From: Podarcis vaucheri
Lineage: Eukaryota
Assembly (NCBI GenBank): GCA_965113315.1
Contig: OZ220371.1
Length of the DNA stretch: 64,000 nucleotides
Reading direction: 5' to 3' (one strand)
Every line of letters starts with the position of its first letter. Positions within the stretch are counted from its first letter, which is position 1. The notes beneath the pieces were generated by a model, which made no database searches, was not told where the DNA came from, and worked only from the letters and a program-made list of their open reading frames with translations. Of the stretch, positions 63,170 through 64,000 are shown one piece after another. A program made the position numbers and the translations under genes.

Positions 63170-63587
63170 GTTAAGAAACCCCGAGAAAAAGAGTGAGGGA
63201 AGGCAGAGCTCGTTTCCTTTTATTTGCTGCATAGAAAGGAGGATTTTAGCAGGAATTGTAGCCTCTGCTGAATGGCACCTGCAAGAATTCTCTGTTGTGT
63301 TGAGTCACCCTAGAAAAGAGATATGGGCAAATGTAAAGATACAGGGAAACTATTAAATGAAGGTCTCATTGTGCCTCCTTGAGATCAAGGTGACACCACT
63401 GCAAAGACTGAACATTTTGGAAATGAATGCTGTTGCTGAAACCATTTCTGTTTTTCTCCCCCTCCAGCTGTATAAAAACCTGTGGAGCGCCGTTCTTCAA
63501 GGCCATAAGGTGTTGGAAAGGCCATCCTGGTGGTCAGAATTTTGTACTAATAAACCTGTTGTAGGTAGGCTAAGATCAAGAATGTAA
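38368..63587 (+). CDS. ACOX3: peroxisomal acyl-CoA oxidase 3 (pristanoyl-CoA oxidase), whole coding span (17 coding exons, ~705 aa)
   Basis: Motifs [84 protein letters not shown]; all GT-AG introns in phase; exon sum 2118 nt. Confidence 0.97.
39247..39480 (+). CDS. ACOX3: ACOX3 coding exon 2
   Basis: [14 protein letters not shown]...[16 protein letters not shown]. Confidence 0.93.
39774..39993. mobile_element. Tc1/mariner-type MITE
   Basis: TA|CAGTCATACCTCTAGTTGCG ... CGCAACTAGAAGTACCACTG|TA. Confidence 0.7.
40070..40510 (-). repeat. 3' LTR of copia element
   Basis: 441 bp, TG..CA, preceded on the minus strand by the PPT. Confidence 0.95.
40992..41432 (+). mobile_element. nested solo LTR of a related copia subfamily, inverted relative to the host element
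   Basis: 441 bp, TG...CA, diverged reverse complement of the host LTR, flanked by 5-bp TSD GTAGG (40987-40991, 41433-41437). Confidence 0.9.
41547..43502 (-). CDS. copia Gag-protease-integrase-like polyprotein (651 aa, no RT)
   Basis: Copia gag ([17 protein letters not shown]...), zinc knuckle [14 protein letters not shown], protease [27 protein letters not shown], integrase core [11 protein letters not shown] / LVCVDHYS / FTDE, HFKVFGS, GIFVGY. Confidence 0.92.
   Translation of the reverse strand: MDAKKGAGLPYPPPLTNDNYSSWSVKMKALLQSQRVFGVIKNPVPAAPTVARNSQNVKARSAIILCVSDDQLVHIADLQFAHEIWETLQQIHQKDAAGTALLCFEKLTNMRLAPDGDVQVHLTEMKFLRQQMAQRNFPLQEEIFCFMIINSLNCTYKTVASQLGSLPARDLTVERICSVVLNERDRLAAIAVADRGSEVRSSSTPTVVATEEQAVALNVVRCYNCGQPGHIQKNCKRPRQQKGAKGSSAKPEASSKGHAKSKARPAKALISPGASSLVENAFILDTGCTQHLASRRELFSTFEKQSFTVKQANGQEIEATGFGAVYLESLNLTINNVYYVPDLKFNLLSVSQMTKKGLVLSYDKESCKIFKDGELFLSAREKDGLYLLIFDKSDYRMCTECDTKMFSLAGVSKDKKAAKITSVFQRVYADVIGPLAPSRGNAKYYLVCVDHYSQYVWVYVLKSPKEALARFQEFCDKVKNVHNANIDYLFTDEKPIFLLQDFQDFLKKQGIEHKVAVSETSWNKSISVKVNKKLQNGMKAQLLSSHLPHEFWSESLSSFCYTWVRKVSKGMESSPFEELFHRKPFVTHFKVFGSHVRTETPQGVKNAKGIFVGYEKGLYRVILSESGEVILTKFLENTPGQEREVFSHISY
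44050..44490 (-). repeat. 5' LTR of copia element
   Basis: 441 bp, followed on the minus strand by the PBS. Confidence 0.95.
45120..45550 (+). mobile_element. L2-clade LINE 3' end (different subfamily) with (TAT)n tail
   Basis: [14 protein letters not shown]-like segment, [10 protein letters not shown], microsatellite tail. Confidence 0.6.
46337..46411 (+). CDS. ACOX3: ACOX3 coding exon 3
   Basis: [25 protein letters not shown], 75 nt. Confidence 0.9.
47283..47418. mobile_element. palindromic hAT-type MITE (~135 bp)
   Basis: Perfect 8-bp TSD CTTTGGAT. Confidence 0.88.
48030..48517 (+). mobile_element. CR1 LINE 3' end (5'-truncated)
   Basis: [16 protein letters not shown]...[16 protein letters not shown]; (ATTCTATG)n tail. 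Confidence 0.92.
48828..48917 (+). CDS. ACOX3: ACOX3 coding exon 4
   Basis: [30 protein letters not shown]. Confidence 0.95.
49636..49779 (+). CDS. ACOX3: ACOX3 coding exon 5
   Basis: [48 protein letters not shown]. Confidence 0.95.
50472..50560 (+). CDS. ACOX3: ACOX3 coding exon 6
   Basis: [29 protein letters not shown](G). Confidence 0.95.
50893..51142 (+). mobile_element. Sauria SINE, 3' part missing
   Basis: Head and core present; stops at CACATGACCCGGAA. Confidence 0.8.
51943..52039 (+). CDS. ACOX3: ACOX3 coding exon 7
   Basis: [32 protein letters not shown]. Confidence 0.95.
52302..52484 (+). CDS. ACOX3: ACOX3 coding exon 8
   Basis: [18 protein letters not shown]...[27 protein letters not shown]. 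Confidence 0.95.
52590..52919 (-). mobile_element. solo LTR (330 bp)
   Basis: TG...CA ends, perfect 5-bp TSD TCCTT, repeated CCAATCA boxes, AATAAA on the minus strand at 52627-52632. Confidence 0.8.
53135..53397 (-). mobile_element. L2-clade LINE 3' end
   Basis: [15 protein letters not shown]...FRRHLK on the minus strand. Confidence 0.7.
53538..53660 (+). CDS. ACOX3: ACOX3 coding exon 9
   Basis: [19 protein letters not shown]...DKSPQQ. Confidence 0.95.
54571..54965 (+). mobile_element. CR1 LINE 3' end with small internal deletion
   Basis: Near-identical to the 48030 copy but lacks ~60 bp after GCTCCAGA. Confidence 0.9.
55060..55209. mobile_element. hAT-type MITE
   Basis: TIR CAGTGCTTTTTT, perfect TSD GTTGTTGG. 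Confidence 0.85.
55264..55559. mobile_element. hAT-type non-autonomous element
   Basis: TIR CAGGGGTTGGCAA, perfect TSD ATTTACGT. Confidence 0.88.
55700..55820 (+). CDS. ACOX3: ACOX3 coding exon 10
   Basis: [40 protein letters not shown]. Confidence 0.95.
55931..56053 (+). CDS. ACOX3: ACOX3 coding exon 11 (TYEGDN catalytic motif)
   Basis: (M)[40 protein letters not shown]. Confidence 0.95.
56862..57093. repeat. long inverted repeat (~80-bp arms, ~70-bp spacer)
   Basis: AACTCTTCTTGAACTCA...GAAACAGTAGTC pairs with GACTACTGTTTC...GAGTTCAAGAAGAGTT. Confidence 0.85.
57416..57529 (+). CDS. ACOX3: ACOX3 coding exon 12
   Basis: (D)[25 protein letters not shown]...CMDSS. Confidence 0.93.
58384..58499 (+). 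CDS. ACOX3: ACOX3 coding exon 13
   Basis: (V)[20 protein letters not shown]...FEARNNSQ. Confidence 0.95.
59139..59312. repeat. imperfect inverted repeat (~75-bp arms)
   Basis: TAAGTGAGGGACTGGG...GGAGGCACAGGGCTCTG pairs with CAGAGCCCTGTGCCTCC...CCCAGTACCTCACTTA. Confidence 0.75.
60398..60572 (+). CDS. ACOX3: ACOX3 coding exon 14
   Basis: [20 protein letters not shown]...[16 protein letters not shown]. Confidence 0.95.
61398..61465 (+). CDS. ACOX3: ACOX3 coding exon 15
   Basis: (G)[22 protein letters not shown]. Confidence 0.93.
62042..62128 (+). CDS. ACOX3: ACOX3 coding exon 16
   Basis: [29 protein letters not shown]. Confidence 0.95.
62284..62543. mobile_element. Tc1/mariner-type MITE related to family B
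   Basis: CCATATTTTTCGCTCTATAAGAC ... GTCTTATAGAGCAAAAAATACGG; internal hairpin ~62375-62445. Confidence 0.75.
63134..63169. repeat. (TAT)n microsatellite
   Basis: About 12 perfect units. Confidence 0.9.
63468..63587 (+). CDS. ACOX3: ACOX3 coding exon 17 (stop; PTS1-like SRM)
   Basis: [25 protein letters not shown]...LRSRM*. Confidence 0.95.
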   Translation: MYKNLWSAVLQGHKVLERPSWWSEFCTNKPVVGRLRSRM

Positions 63588-63622
63588 ATGGAATGATATA
63601 TTGGAGAGGCCCAGCAAGGGCG

Positions 63623-64000
63623 TGTGTCCGGACTGGTCGTTGTCCTCTTCAGATCACCACACAAACACTTCTTGTTCTTTTATAACTTTTTATTGCATAT
63701 TAACAAAACAATCTTATAAACAGTTCTTAACTATTCTTCCTCAGAGTCACTTCTTTCAGATACCTTCTGAGCTCTGCTTCTCCGTGACCAGCCACTCTCA
63801 AAATGGCGAAGGCGCCCTTCCCTTCGCTTCCTGCTCTTTTTCCTACCCTCCTGGCTAGAGCTGGCTTGGATCTCCCCTTCTCCCAATCTGAGCTAGAACT
63901 GAACCCTGGCCTTTCCTGGGAACAGCCGGTCCCTTCCTCTTGTTCCTCTTGCTCCCTTCTATTAGATTCACTGCTCCCCTTCCCCCCTTGGGGAATGCTT
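63623..64000 (-). mobile_element. probable LTR in reverse orientation in the ACOX3 3' UTR (runs off the window)
   Basis: Abrupt TG-initiated pyrimidine-rich block ~35 bp after the stop, TTTATT (AATAAA on minus); no far end visible. Confidence 0.4.

Noticed and set aside
1-64000. CRISPR arrays, rRNA genes or prokaryotic operons
   Set aside because: None seen; the window is intron-rich vertebrate DNA.

Overview
Vertebrate genomic DNA from a squamate reptile, probably a lacertid lizard (inferred from Sauria-type SINEs and CR1/L2/RTE LINE remnants). It has two assembly gaps (2953-3187, 23872-24008). Three genes are present. TRMT44 is complete on the minus strand (11 coding exons, CDS 36429->11510, 654 aa by my exon sum). 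ACOX3 is complete on the plus strand (17 coding exons, CDS 38368->63587, 705 aa, C-terminal SRM). These two are head-to-head across a CpG island. CPZ has its first coding exon on the minus strand (9233->9149), and a probable exon 2 lies in the opposite orientation next to the first gap. The most unusual element is a 4.4-kb Ty1/copia-type LTR element in an ACOX3 intron (40070-44490, TSD ATTCT, LTRs about 99% identical). It has an open gag-protease-integrase-like ORF but no RT/RNase H, a duplicated tRNAiMet-like PBS module, and a diverged solo LTR of a related family nested inside it in inverted orientation (TSD GTAGG). Introns also hold many Tc1/mariner-type and hAT-type MITEs (some nested), solo LTRs and long hairpins. 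All gene and family identifications are by eye from recalled sequences; no searches were run.
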